Shown here: positions 1 through 10,482 of the stretch, one piece after another
How positions within the stretch are numbered: the first letter of the stretch is position 1
Layout of the letters: every line of letters begins with the position of its first letter
IMG/VR virus record: IMGVR_UViG_3300002026_000041
Span: 1 to 55,505 of that record
Source: a virus
Lineage: Duplodnaviria > Caudoviricetes
DNA: 55,505 nt
Reading direction: 5' to 3' (one strand)
The notes under the pieces: generated by a model
Seen by the model: only the letters and a program-made list of their open reading frames with translations
What the model was told of the DNA's origin: nothing
The model's database searches: none
Position numbers and translations under genes: made by a program

Positions 1-92
1 CCCATTTCATCCACAGAAGCTTCCAAAAATATTGGAACTTGGAATGTTGTTCCAGTTACACCTGATAATATTTCATATTTGTATCTTTTCAT
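1..92 (-). CDS. N-terminal part of a virion structural protein (runs off window start)
   Basis: ATG at 92, open to window edge: MKRYKYEILSGVTGTTFQVPIFLEASVDEMG; starts 5 nt after stop of the 98..1213 gene; absent from ORF track because truncated. Confidence 0.7.
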   Translation of the reverse strand, partial: MKRYKYEILSGVTGTTFQVPIFLEASVDEM

Positions 93-97
93 AATTT

Positions 98-1213
98 CTA
101 AGGTGTACATAAATCAATTCCATACTGAAATATAATGCTTTGTACATATATACAAGTACAAGGCTGAGAACTATAAATGTTAGTAAGGTTTATAGTTGTC
201 CCATTTGTTGCAACATATACCAATCTTCCACCGTCAGGATAAACAGGGTCACCAAATGCCCATCTACCTGTATAACAAAATTGAACTCCTGGAGATGGTG
301 TTATCGACGGGGTTATTGTTGGTGTTGGCGTCATCGTTGGTGTTCTTGAAGGAGTTACCGATATCGTTGGCGTTATAGATGGCGTCGGTGGAATATACGG
401 ATTCAACGAACTAGTTGAAATTGATCCTGCATACCATTTAAGTGGGGTATAGCTAGTACTTTGACCTCCTCTATGGTCTTCAGTTATTCCTGTATAAATA
501 ACATAAGAGTAATCATCCCTGTTTATCACCATTTTACGATACATATCTTCTGTTTCGTCAATTGATTGATTAATATTTTTATTCTTATTCAAAAACGCGA
601 TACTTGTTCCATCAATAGTATTATAAAATTTAGCCGCCAAATAAAAAGTATTACCCGATAACATTGTACCCTCTAAAACAGTATCATCTTGAAACCAATA
701 TAAAAACATATTTTCACTATTTCTATAATTTGATCCGGAAAACACAGGAACATAAACTTTTTGACTAATTGGGTTATAATATACCTGTTCTCCCAATGGA
801 ATTGGGAGTTGTTTTGTGAAAACTAATTTTCTATTTTTACTATTTGGTGTTTCACCCTCCGGAACTTTATAAAACTCTAATCTGAAAAAACTTGTATTAT
901 CCGTCCTTAACAATTTATAATTATTCTCGCCAGATAGACCAATGTGTTCATAATTCATTCCTCCGTTATGTGTACCATTTGATTGGTAAAAATAAAATTC
1001 ATGCCAAATATCGTGTTGTTCAATTCCAAGCTCACTTGTGTACCCACTATGAATATACCGAACCGTTTCGAAGTTCTCAGTTGGGTTAATAATAGATTTT
1101 AGAGTTTCATGTTCAAACTCTTGAAAGCATTCTTCCCACCCCAAATCCGTACCGAAATTAGTTTCACTATTAATTAAAATAGTTCTGTCGTTATTATTAT
1201 TTATTATCCTCAT
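98..1213 (-). CDS. putative virion structural (baseplate/distal tail) protein with Thr-Pro-Ser linker and C-terminal Cys-containing module
   Basis: 371-aa ORF in the operon downstream of baseplate wedge genes; TPS repeat near C-terminus; 1-nt stop/start overlap with upstream gene. Confidence 0.6.
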   Translation of the reverse strand: MRIINNNNDRTILINSETNFGTDLGWEECFQEFEHETLKSIINPTENFETVRYIHSGYTSELGIEQHDIWHEFYFYQSNGTHNGGMNYEHIGLSGENNYKLLRTDNTSFFRLEFYKVPEGETPNSKNRKLVFTKQLPIPLGEQVYYNPISQKVYVPVFSGSNYRNSENMFLYWFQDDTVLEGTMLSGNTFYLAAKFYNTIDGTSIAFLNKNKNINQSIDETEDMYRKMVINRDDYSYVIYTGITEDHRGGQSTSYTPLKWYAGSISTSSLNPYIPPTPSITPTISVTPSRTPTMTPTPTITPSITPSPGVQFCYTGRWAFGDPVYPDGGRLVYVATNGTTINLTNIYSSQPCTCIYVQSIIFQYGIDLCTP

Positions 1214-3504
1214 TACGTTCCTACTTTATATACTAATTTGGCTACACCTGATGTCCCATCTTCATTTAGATAATTATAAACTTCAAAATTATTTTCAGGA
1301 TCGCTCATATTCGTAATATCAACACGGATATTTAATTTATTAAATCTCCAATCTACAAATGTACCACTTCCAGATGTATACCATTCAGGGTCAGAAAAAT
1401 CATACCCAGAATGTTGACAAATTCCTTTGCGTATGATCAAATAAATTGATTTACTTGCCGTATTTGTTGTATTATCAACTGTGTCATAAGTAATAAATGG
1501 AAATATATTTGTAGATCCCCATATCGTTGAATAATTTTGAGTCTTTCCACTATACCAATAATTTATTGAAGAAACAAGGCCATCAAAAGCAGAACGTGTA
1601 TTATCACACGGTATATTTGGAAAACCATTTGTTCTACTTACCATATCTATATGAATCTTACGATTTGCGTCGTCAAATGTCCATGTTGAGGCTGCTGAAA
1701 AATATGGATATTCAGTTGTATATGTGTCGCCAGACGACATAGATATTCTTTGAAGACCTTGAAAATCTGAATAATAATTTTTATTAGTTGGATCAGAAGA
1801 TATCTCTAACCATTTGCTAGTCACAGTTGCACCTGTATATGAATTTTTATAACTATAATAATCATTCACATTGGTAAATGTATATTCTATTTCATGTGTG
1901 CTTCCTGTTACCCCAATATTTAACACACCGTTAAGTAATACAGGTGTTCCATATGGAGTTTCATAATCTGATGTTGCTCCAGAAGATGAGGCAATATATA
2001 ATTTTTGTACCTGTTCCCAATTACCACCATATGCTGAAGCATCTAAATATCTGTATATGTCGGCGTCATAGTAATCTGTTTTTCCCGAAACCGTCTGACA
2101 TTCAAAAATATATCTACAATTAACTGAGTCATATGTTAATGTCATCGTACTACCAGTGATTAAATCATTAGCCTCTGGAGGCATAAAAAACCAATCAAAT
2201 TCATTACCCTCACTAAAACATTGAAGTTGTAATCTCCAATTTGTATCTGTATTTGTTGGATTATTATATCCAGGACGAACTTCAAATAATATATAATCAC
2301 CAGGTTGATACGTGTAACCTGTAAGATTAAAAGTGGATGATAGAGACGTACTATCATATAAATGCGGATAAGAACCGAAAAACGTGTACCCAGTACAATC
2401 AGATCCGACAACCCAGTCATCAATAACCGTTTCAGTAATACCACTATCCGACATATATTTTATTGTTAATCTATCTGCTATGGTATATCCGGCAAAATCC
2501 CAAGCAATTTCCTGTGTAGAACCATCAGGATTCAAATCATATCTAAGTTGGCGGTTAGCAAGCGTACCTGGCTGAGTTGTATTTGTGTATGTTACTGTGT
2601 GTCCATAAGTGGCTCCCGTATTCTGATTTTGACAGCTCATTGCGACAACAGAGATAGTTGGTAAACAATTTGCTAAATCTGGCGAATACGTATATTGCGT
2701 CATTTCTTGATGCGGGGAATAATTTACCGAATTAATATTAATATAACGTATAACTGGATATAATACACCAGCCTGTACTAATTCTGAATTAATTGGATGA
2801 AATGATTGAATTTCAGGATCACTATTTCCCGCATTACCTGACGTTAATGTGGTTGCTCCCGTTACACTATTAACTTTCCAATCAATTACATAATTACCAA
2901 GAGTACCAGAAGCTAATTGCACATTACCCACCGTTAACAACCCAACCAAATTTTGTGAAGATGATTGGAAAGTAGGCACACTATTTACACACATCATTGC
3001 CACTTGTGATGGTGACGGTGTTATCGTCGGTGTAACTGTAATTGATGGGGTAACCGAAACTGTTGGTGTTGGAGTCATTGTTGGGGTTGGATCTGGACAC
3101 GCAACAGGGAATGTATCGACAATTCCATGATCTACGTAAACTATATATGGGGTACTGCCCGAATCTACAATGAAATATCCGTTTAGAGATCCGACAGGAC
3201 TACAACTAGTTCCCGTATTACTATATACTATCTCACCAGGAGGTAAAGATGTATCCTCCACTCTTCCCACACTACCAGATCTGCTATAAGTTCCCCACGT
3301 ATCAAGAGCCGCACATGTTAAGGATAATGATCCATAGAAACTACCATGGAATGTGTCAGAATACCAGAAAGTCATTGAAGTTACCCCAGCTGGCATTGCA
3401 CAAGACGTGGACGGAGTTATCGACGGTGTAACGGTCGGTGTTATACTTATACTAGGAGTTATAGTAGGTGTTACTGACGGAATCACACTCGATGTTACAC
3501 TCAC
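1213..3504 (-). CDS. putative tail-fibre/virion surface protein, Ser/Thr/Gly-rich, two TPS tracts
   Basis: 763-aa ORF, GTG start overlapping upstream TGA (GTGA); may be the continuation of 3501..5660 (see findings). Confidence 0.55.
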   Translation of the reverse strand: MSVTSSVIPSVTPTITPSISITPTVTPSITPSTSCAMPAGVTSMTFWYSDTFHGSFYGSLSLTCAALDTWGTYSRSGSVGRVEDTSLPPGEIVYSNTGTSCSPVGSLNGYFIVDSGSTPYIVYVDHGIVDTFPVACPDPTPTMTPTPTVSVTPSITVTPTITPSPSQVAMMCVNSVPTFQSSSQNLVGLLTVGNVQLASGTLGNYVIDWKVNSVTGATTLTSGNAGNSDPEIQSFHPINSELVQAGVLYPVIRYININSVNYSPHQEMTQYTYSPDLANCLPTISVVAMSCQNQNTGATYGHTVTYTNTTQPGTLANRQLRYDLNPDGSTQEIAWDFAGYTIADRLTIKYMSDSGITETVIDDWVVGSDCTGYTFFGSYPHLYDSTSLSSTFNLTGYTYQPGDYILFEVRPGYNNPTNTDTNWRLQLQCFSEGNEFDWFFMPPEANDLITGSTMTLTYDSVNCRYIFECQTVSGKTDYYDADIYRYLDASAYGGNWEQVQKLYIASSSGATSDYETPYGTPVLLNGVLNIGVTGSTHEIEYTFTNVNDYYSYKNSYTGATVTSKWLEISSDPTNKNYYSDFQGLQRISMSSGDTYTTEYPYFSAASTWTFDDANRKIHIDMVSRTNGFPNIPCDNTRSAFDGLVSSINYWYSGKTQNYSTIWGSTNIFPFITYDTVDNTTNTASKSIYLIIRKGICQHSGYDFSDPEWYTSGSGTFVDWRFNKLNIRVDITNMSDPENNFEVYNYLNEDGTSGVAKLVYKVGT

Positions 3505-3862
3505 AGGCTAGGTGTTACACTTGGAGTTTCACTAGGAGTCACAGATAGAGTCACAGATGGAGTCACAGATGGTGTTACACTTGGAGTCTCACTAGGTGTT
3601 ACAGATGGTGTTACACTTGGAGTGACACTTACACTAATTGATGGCGTAATTGATGGGGTAACCGATATTGACGGAGTAACCTTACAATCCGTTGGTGACG
3701 GTGTAACCGATTGTGTTCTCGTAGGTGTTATTGTAGGCGTTACTGTTGGTGTAATTGATGGAGTTCTGGTCACCGTTACAGACGGCGTTATAGATGGAGT
3801 TACTGACGGTGTAACTGACGGAGTTCTCGAAGGTGTGTTACTAGGTGTGTTACTAGGAGTAG
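3405..3862 (-). repeat. coding TPS[V/I/E] repeat tract (12- and 18-nt periods) spanning the 3501/3504 gene junction
   Basis: repeated ggtgttacacttggagt / gtcacagat units; synonymous positions diversified. Confidence 0.9.
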
Positions 3863-5660
3863 GATTTATAGTAATATTAACAGGGTCATTTGGAGCTGGA
3901 TCAGGACAAACATCCGCCGATTTCCTATTGTTAAAGGAAAGTAACCCATCTTTCTTATTCGTATAAACCTGTTCGTTTCTTAAATAAAAATTAATATCTT
4001 TATGAACATAATGAATATCATTCATAAATGGATAATCCGTTCCATATCCATCTGGATCTACATATCCAACTTCATATAAATCTCTCCATCTCCATATTTT
4101 CTCATTGGCGAAAAATCTAGCATTTTCAGGTAAATTGTAAATCTGATTAGTTGCTGATGTTTCAGTATATGGGGATAATTCCCTCATTTTAAACCTATAA
4201 TGGGGTTGATAATATAACCCAATCATATTTGTAGACGATGCCCCCGAATAAACATTCGGATCATCCTGACCGTGATTGAAAAAATTAGGATTAGTTGATA
4301 TTTTATGAAATGCTTCAGATATTACCCTTTCTTTCATAGACTTAGGGTCGTATTCTACGAACGCCCCGTGTAATACTGTTCCAATAGGACAAGGAAGACC
4401 TGCAACAAACCCGGAAGTTCCTCCTGCTCCACTAAATGCCTGACTCGGAATAGAATCCTCCCTTGTAGTGTTCCCATCAAAATGTTCATCTATCCAACTA
4501 TCGTGAAAATGGAATGACCATCCGACTTTTGGCGGGTAATTAAAATATCCATTTCCATTTCTGAAAATGATACTAGTATACAAATCGGTCGGAGTATATC
4601 CTAAATTATTGGTAATACCCGATAAAACGAATGGGTTAAAATGGTCGAATAGAATAGCTTCCATTCTATTTCTTTCCACAATAACATCATTTGTACCTAC
4701 ACTATTTTCGTATAATAATTTAATTTCATCTTCCCATATTGGTGATTCGAACCCAACCTTATCAATAATATGATCGGTTGGATCAGTTAATGTTTTATGT
4801 AAATGAACATAATATTGTGAAGTGGAGTTTTCGATATCATTTATATCAGTACATCTTCTACCTGTAACCAATCCGTTAAACCTATAACCACCAACTTGTG
4901 ATTTAAGTAATGTAATAACATAATCTTCAGACCTATATATATTATTTCCAACAGAATATACATAAAATGGTGTTGGGTACTCATCAATTAAAATATATTC
5001 ACCTTGACTTATTCCGTGTTTAACAGGGCTAGTAAGTACATATGCATATCCACCAAGTTCTGCAACTCTAAAAGGTATCCCATCACCACTCACAAAATCT
5101 AATGCAGAATCAAAAGTTGATGTAGTTTCACCCGTTATAGTATATTTCATTGGATATTCCGAATCATGCCCAAAAATATATGTTAAATAAAAATTCCAAT
5201 TAAATAAGTAAGAGTTGGATGGTGTAATTTCTCTATGAACCGTCGTTCCTGAAGTTGTTAATTCAAATCCGTTAAAATCCTGTAAATCATCTAAAGATTG
5301 TTCAACAATTACTTCTCGATAAACATCCCGTCTCAAAAAGGCAAACTCATTATATGGAAGATACCCAGCAAAACACTCATCAGTACCGTCACTTTCTAAC
5401 GATAATCTTTCTTCTAGATATTGGTAATCTGATATCCCAAGATAAAGGTTTTTGAAAATCATTTTCATTTTTCCATAAAACTTATATCTATTACAAGCAG
5501 ATCTCTCACTTGAAAACTGTTCAGTTAAATCTAATATCACATTTCTATCGTCGGTTCTCAAAAGTGATTTTTCATTCTCAAGACCTACACGCATAGACAT
5601 ATCAACCGCGGGAGCGTTTTCGTATCTTGATTCGGGCGATATAATTTTTTTATTTTCCAT
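3501..5660 (-). CDS. putative virion structural protein with long C-terminal TPS tract
   Basis: 719-aa ORF; last ~120 aa are (TPS[V/I/E])n; within baseplate-distal operon. Confidence 0.6.
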   Translation of the reverse strand: MENKKIISPESRYENAPAVDMSMRVGLENEKSLLRTDDRNVILDLTEQFSSERSACNRYKFYGKMKMIFKNLYLGISDYQYLEERLSLESDGTDECFAGYLPYNEFAFLRRDVYREVIVEQSLDDLQDFNGFELTTSGTTVHREITPSNSYLFNWNFYLTYIFGHDSEYPMKYTITGETTSTFDSALDFVSGDGIPFRVAELGGYAYVLTSPVKHGISQGEYILIDEYPTPFYVYSVGNNIYRSEDYVITLLKSQVGGYRFNGLVTGRRCTDINDIENSTSQYYVHLHKTLTDPTDHIIDKVGFESPIWEDEIKLLYENSVGTNDVIVERNRMEAILFDHFNPFVLSGITNNLGYTPTDLYTSIIFRNGNGYFNYPPKVGWSFHFHDSWIDEHFDGNTTREDSIPSQAFSGAGGTSGFVAGLPCPIGTVLHGAFVEYDPKSMKERVISEAFHKISTNPNFFNHGQDDPNVYSGASSTNMIGLYYQPHYRFKMRELSPYTETSATNQIYNLPENARFFANEKIWRWRDLYEVGYVDPDGYGTDYPFMNDIHYVHKDINFYLRNEQVYTNKKDGLLSFNNRKSADVCPDPAPNDPVNITINPTPSNTPSNTPSRTPSVTPSVTPSITPSVTVTRTPSITPTVTPTITPTRTQSVTPSPTDCKVTPSISVTPSITPSISVSVTPSVTPSVTPSETPSVTPSVTPSVTLSVTPSETPSVTPSL

Positions 5661-5719
5661 TACATTCTAAAATTCCCTTGGTACTTGCACTATTGTATGT
5701 TTTATTATTCTACTCATTT

Positions 5720-8700
5720 TTATGCTATTAACGCATTCGGACACAAACAAGTGGCGTTTCCTGGCCCAAAAAATACAACTTCATAAGCTAACGGGGAACC
5801 TTGGGAGATCCAGCCAGCTTCGGTATATGATCCAGAAGTTATTTTATACATTCGATCGTCATTAATATTATAATAATAACGATTAAGTGCCAATACTGAT
5901 TCATCACAATAAATCCACACACTAGAGAGTGGACCACCCTCTTCACACGGCAAAGGTTCAGTACGACCTTCTAAACATTCATATGTGTCGGCCTGAAAAT
6001 AATAATACGTTCCAGCGGAAGATGGGGCTGGTGGGATGGTCCTCGTTGGTGTCGGCGTCGGTGTTACCGTAGATATACCAGATACTTGGGGTGTCGGTGG
6101 AACACTAGATCCGGGGGCGGATGTTTGTGATGGGGTTGGAGTGGTACCAAATGTTGGGCACTGTACTTCAGTCGTTCCAAATGCATCTTTAGACCCAAAA
6201 TATTTTGTTAAAATATCCAGCGATGTACTACCTGGTTTTAATCCAAAATAAAATAAAAATGGTGTTGAAAGAACCTGTCTGTTTGAAACATAATTTTTAA
6301 CTGTTTGAGGTAAAAATGTTTCATAAGACCCCTCGTAATAATAACCTGGAGATTGTACCCATGTACTATTTACCACAACCCACAAATTACCATGGATTGG
6401 ATCACTTAATGACCCGCCAGTAACCTCCAACCAAAGTTGACCGTCATTATATCCCATTAAACTCTGTGCTTCACCTGAACCAGTATGTGACGGAGCATCG
6501 TAACTAATTTTCTCAAATCTTTCTAATGAATCTTCAAAATCACCATACCACCAATAGGTATTATGGTTAATCGTTATGGGTTTTAGAAGATATTCTTCTT
6601 CTCCATTTGACATAACATAATTACTATGTCCCGGAATAGTAGGAGTACCTAAATCATATAATGTGTACCCACTTACCGAAAATAGTCGTTGTAACTTCAT
6701 TGATGCAATTGCACCTTTATCCCAAGTTTGATTGTCGGAGTCATCACCTGCTGGACCGAAACCCTCACCACCTTTATTCCATAAATAAAACGGTACAACT
6801 TGAGAATAATCACCTAGACGGTAATTTAAACAACCTCTTACAAATGTTCCGTTAAAATCAAATTTTAAATCTATCGGAATTGGGTTAAAATTAGCACCTT
6901 GTTTAAAATAGGCTGCATATGTGAGGCTTTCAGGATCTAAATAATCCCCATTATACATAAAATAATGTGGTGAATCTAAATCAAACGCCTCAATTCCCGT
7001 TTCACAGTTTATTGACATTAATTGGGTAATATCTCCATCGAGCACTTTAATATTTGATCCATAATTTGACCCACTAAAAAAATCATCGATATCGAAATCC
7101 CCATCTGAAACATCCAAACGATAGTTTATAGCATATTCAGCAATAGTTGCGGGATCTTGGTACGATGTGGTTGAAATATCTCTGATAACAGAACAATTTG
7201 GGTCAACTCTTGGGTCTAAACATATTTCATTTAAAAACTCATCTCGTACTCCTACATCATAAAACGTCGTTGGATGTAGAATTTCTCGTTTATCATCAAA
7301 TAACTGCCCAATAAAATTTTCAGAATTATAATCATAAGGACAACTTCGATAATAAAACTTTTTGTCTAAAATATTATAGAATATTAATTCTCTTGGGAAT
7401 TTCGTACCTCTTTGGTTCAAATCGTAATTACCTTCATTATCCCATCTTACTCTCTTATCAAACTTAAAGAAATATAATAATCCATTTAACCAATTATCGA
7501 TAAAGGAATAATTTACAACTCCTCCACAGAAAGCTAACCCGATTCTCTTCCTTCTATACCATTCTTGTAACGCTAATAAATTATAACTTCTTCCATTAAT
7601 TACGGGTATTATTGTAAAAATCCCATCTCTAAATTCAGACCACCCTGATTTGGTTTTTCTGTCATATGTTGCGTTTGGGATTTTTTTAAAATATTTTTTT
7701 AATGGTAATCTTCCAGACCCAGAACTAGCAATAATAGTAGACATTAATTGTGAATAAGGGGCTGGAGGTGTCTGTGTTTTTAAATATTCTCTGAACCCAG
7801 GAGCAGTTGAGTATGATATAAAATTGTCATTAGTACCAGGTAAGTAATCTGGTGCTGTTGGCAAACTTACAGGCTCATAGGTTGAACCCGTTCCATATAT
7901 ATAACCAAGGGTAATATCTTCATTATATGTTTTATCGTATTTTAAACATCCATCTTCCACATTTAAAGTTGATCCTGTAACAGGGACGCCCTTTAATCGA
8001 GATCTGTCATATATTCTAGCCACAGCATATAAATGTTCTGTTACACCAGCTGGTAATATGTCAAAATCAGCACCTGTTAATTCATTAAACTCTTCATAAG
8101 TAAAGAATCTTTCGGATCCTGCACCAATTCCATTACCAAGACATATACTAGGAACACCCCCCGGCGTTGTATAAAAAAACCTCTGATTTACAACATCAAT
8201 ATCGGGACTTGTAGTGTTTAAATATCCAATAAAATCACTAAATAATGTTGTTCCCGTCGCAACCCAACTGTTAACGAACGGATAAACCGCAACAATATAT
8301 CGTGAGGGTATACCGTCATCTGGTGTCGGTGAAATTACTATATCGTTAAGGTTTTTCAATTGAAATGCTCCACTATCATAAGTAATAGTGTCAGCAAGAG
8401 TACATAACCCTTCGGGATCTCTAGCCATTTCGCCAGGAAATAATTCATTGATACCTGTTGTTAAAAAACTATTTTGTGTTATTAAATTTAGAAAATCGGT
8501 AGTTGATCCAGTAGATACTAAACGAACCTTACGATCTACTAATGATACCTTCATTTTTAACTCCCCAACTCTACAATAATCATTTAAAAATGATGTATCT
8601 TCAGTTTGAGAATCAGAATCACTTGTACATTCTTCACAATCAGGATAAATTGTTAATGGAAGCTGTTTTGTAAACTTTTCCTGCATATTATATGCCGCGT

Positions 8701-10432
8701 TTTCAAACCGTTCGGATATTTTTCTAAAAGGTCTCCATTTACGAATACCTATATTAAAAAATAACCTACTTAAATCATAAAAGAATTTTCCAATAATTTC
8801 CGAAAATTTTATTAAAATAGCAGCAAAGATATATTGCACAAACAATATAACTTGTGCTAATAATAATGCGAATTTTGCTCGGTTCTTATATCCAAAATTT
8901 GTTGGAATATAATTTGCACTTGATGCACAGTCCTCATCTTGAGATGGCCGAATTTGTTTAATACCCAAAAATGCATCTCTTCTTCCAGTTTCATAATGTG
9001 TTCCTTGAAATGATGATACCGTATATACTTTACCGTAAATAAATTTATAAAAATAATCTTCGGGGATACCATTATTATTTGTCCCCAACATAAGTTCCTT
9101 TTTATTCGTTTTAGCGGTATTATCATATCCAGTTGAATTAAGTGTTAACCCTTCTGGCGTTGGTGGAATAAGGTAATCCTCAAAAACATCAGAAAATATG
9201 TATGAAGCAACCATACCTTCATAGTATTCATATTTATTATTCACCCCGTCATTACTTGGATTGAACTCTCTAATATTTGGTACTAAATAATTTGCCGTTG
9301 CAACTTTTGATCCGATAAAATCCAATGAAAGCCTAAATCTAGCTATTGCCGTTGTTGGAATACCTTTATTTTGGTCGTTTGTGATTTGTTCTACCCCAAA
9401 TTCATCTGTATAAACATACTCCAAATTCATTGGGAGAGCTGCCATAGCAACACCATCTTCATCAATAACCTCAGCAATTGTGAAATACTCAAGTTCCGGG
9501 TATGTTGTTACTCCATTAGACCCATAAACGGTCTTACCTGTTTGACGTACACATTCAATGTATCCACCTGATGTTTGTAAATTACATTTGAATCCCGTAT
9601 TTTTCCTTATTTTTCCGTTTCGTTTAACAGCGTCTGAACTATCATCGGTAATACTAGAAATAAGAATTAATGAAATGGGATTAATTGTAATTCCCTTTTC
9701 ACTTAAATCAAAATCTGTCCGGGAAATACCTATATCACATAAATCTTCATTTCCCCATAATGGGTAAACTTCAATACTTCTGTTAAAGGTTATAATTTGT
9801 GGCAACCCGTCCATATCCGGGCTTGATTTGAATTTATAAAACCTCTCAAATTCATTTTCACCAAATCCCGCCTTTATAAAATCATATGGTCTGAGTGAAA
9901 AACATCCTATATCTGATAAATCAATGTCAACATGTATTGTTTGAACACCAATTGGGACTCCCCATATCATAAAATCACCAGCTTGGTTTGTTTTTACTGT
10001 ATATTTGTAATAAGTTTCAAAAACCTCAAGGACTTCTTCTCTGGATAAAATATCTTCTTGGTCTGGAAATGTTCCTGTTGGTTCGTGCCCTGAATGTTGT
10101 TTTCTTTCTGGTAATAAATTATAACGATAGCCGTCTTCGTCCTTTTCACTAATTTCTTGATATGGATATAATTTAGAAATAACGGGATCAATAGAATCCG
10201 TAGATGTTTGAGGGATAAAAATCGATATCTTTGCGTTTGGAATTCCGAATCCGTTGTTAGCCGATACACGACCCACAACTACACCATATTCCGAGCAAGC
10301 CCCTGAGGCATATATATCTTTTTGTGTAAATTTAAGTGAAAGAATTTCTAAAATATCGAAATTCTGTTTAATATCTACATTTACTCGTTGATCCCTTCCA
10401 ATGTTTGTGCTTATTCGATGTTTTTGTACCAT
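5720..10432 (-). CDS. large baseplate/tail-associated structural protein
   Basis: 1570-aa ORF directly downstream of the gp6-like wedge gene; N-terminal transthyretin/carboxypeptidase-regulatory-like fold suggested by GVVVGRVSANNGFGIPNAKISIF; hydrophobic stretch FALLLAQVILFVQYIFAAILIKF; C-terminal TP linker plus Cys module; TATTTATA 3 nt upstream. Confidence 0.6.
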   Translation of the reverse strand: MVQKHRISTNIGRDQRVNVDIKQNFDILEILSLKFTQKDIYASGACSEYGVVVGRVSANNGFGIPNAKISIFIPQTSTDSIDPVISKLYPYQEISEKDEDGYRYNLLPERKQHSGHEPTGTFPDQEDILSREEVLEVFETYYKYTVKTNQAGDFMIWGVPIGVQTIHVDIDLSDIGCFSLRPYDFIKAGFGENEFERFYKFKSSPDMDGLPQIITFNRSIEVYPLWGNEDLCDIGISRTDFDLSEKGITINPISLILISSITDDSSDAVKRNGKIRKNTGFKCNLQTSGGYIECVRQTGKTVYGSNGVTTYPELEYFTIAEVIDEDGVAMAALPMNLEYVYTDEFGVEQITNDQNKGIPTTAIARFRLSLDFIGSKVATANYLVPNIREFNPSNDGVNNKYEYYEGMVASYIFSDVFEDYLIPPTPEGLTLNSTGYDNTAKTNKKELMLGTNNNGIPEDYFYKFIYGKVYTVSSFQGTHYETGRRDAFLGIKQIRPSQDEDCASSANYIPTNFGYKNRAKFALLLAQVILFVQYIFAAILIKFSEIIGKFFYDLSRLFFNIGIRKWRPFRKISERFENAAYNMQEKFTKQLPLTIYPDCEECTSDSDSQTEDTSFLNDYCRVGELKMKVSLVDRKVRLVSTGSTTDFLNLITQNSFLTTGINELFPGEMARDPEGLCTLADTITYDSGAFQLKNLNDIVISPTPDDGIPSRYIVAVYPFVNSWVATGTTLFSDFIGYLNTTSPDIDVVNQRFFYTTPGGVPSICLGNGIGAGSERFFTYEEFNELTGADFDILPAGVTEHLYAVARIYDRSRLKGVPVTGSTLNVEDGCLKYDKTYNEDITLGYIYGTGSTYEPVSLPTAPDYLPGTNDNFISYSTAPGFREYLKTQTPPAPYSQLMSTIIASSGSGRLPLKKYFKKIPNATYDRKTKSGWSEFRDGIFTIIPVINGRSYNLLALQEWYRRKRIGLAFCGGVVNYSFIDNWLNGLLYFFKFDKRVRWDNEGNYDLNQRGTKFPRELIFYNILDKKFYYRSCPYDYNSENFIGQLFDDKREILHPTTFYDVGVRDEFLNEICLDPRVDPNCSVIRDISTTSYQDPATIAEYAINYRLDVSDGDFDIDDFFSGSNYGSNIKVLDGDITQLMSINCETGIEAFDLDSPHYFMYNGDYLDPESLTYAAYFKQGANFNPIPIDLKFDFNGTFVRGCLNYRLGDYSQVVPFYLWNKGGEGFGPAGDDSDNQTWDKGAIASMKLQRLFSVSGYTLYDLGTPTIPGHSNYVMSNGEEEYLLKPITINHNTYWWYGDFEDSLERFEKISYDAPSHTGSGEAQSLMGYNDGQLWLEVTGGSLSDPIHGNLWVVVNSTWVQSPGYYYEGSYETFLPQTVKNYVSNRQVLSTPFLFYFGLKPGSTSLDILTKYFGSKDAFGTTEVQCPTFGTTPTPSQTSAPGSSVPPTPQVSGISTVTPTPTPTRTIPPAPSSAGTYYYFQADTYECLEGRTEPLPCEEGGPLSSVWIYCDESVLALNRYYYNINDDRMYKITSGSYTEAGWISQGSPLAYEVVFFGPGNATCLCPNALIA

Positions 10433-10435
10433 ATA

Positions 10436-10443
10436 TATAAATA
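10436..10443 (-). promoter_or_regulatory. putative late promoter TATTTATA
   Basis: 3 nt upstream of ATG 10432; recurrent motif. Confidence 0.55.
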
Positions 10444-10482
10444 GAAACTTACCAGTTTTCTATAAGATACATAAAAAACAAA

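Noticed and set aside
3622-3966. + strand Val/Gly/Asp-repeat ORF and the many other short antisense ORFs in the track (e.g. 6036, 15561, 16191, 23171, 35315, 48966, 49944)
   Set aside because: Shadows of long well-supported genes on the opposite strand; repeat content simply mirrors TPS codons
98-10432. Diversity-generating retroelement or invertase shufflon acting on fibre genes
   Set aside because: No reverse transcriptase or recombinase in the window, and no adenine-specific TR/VR pair or inverted crossover sites noticed; a remote element cannot be excluded
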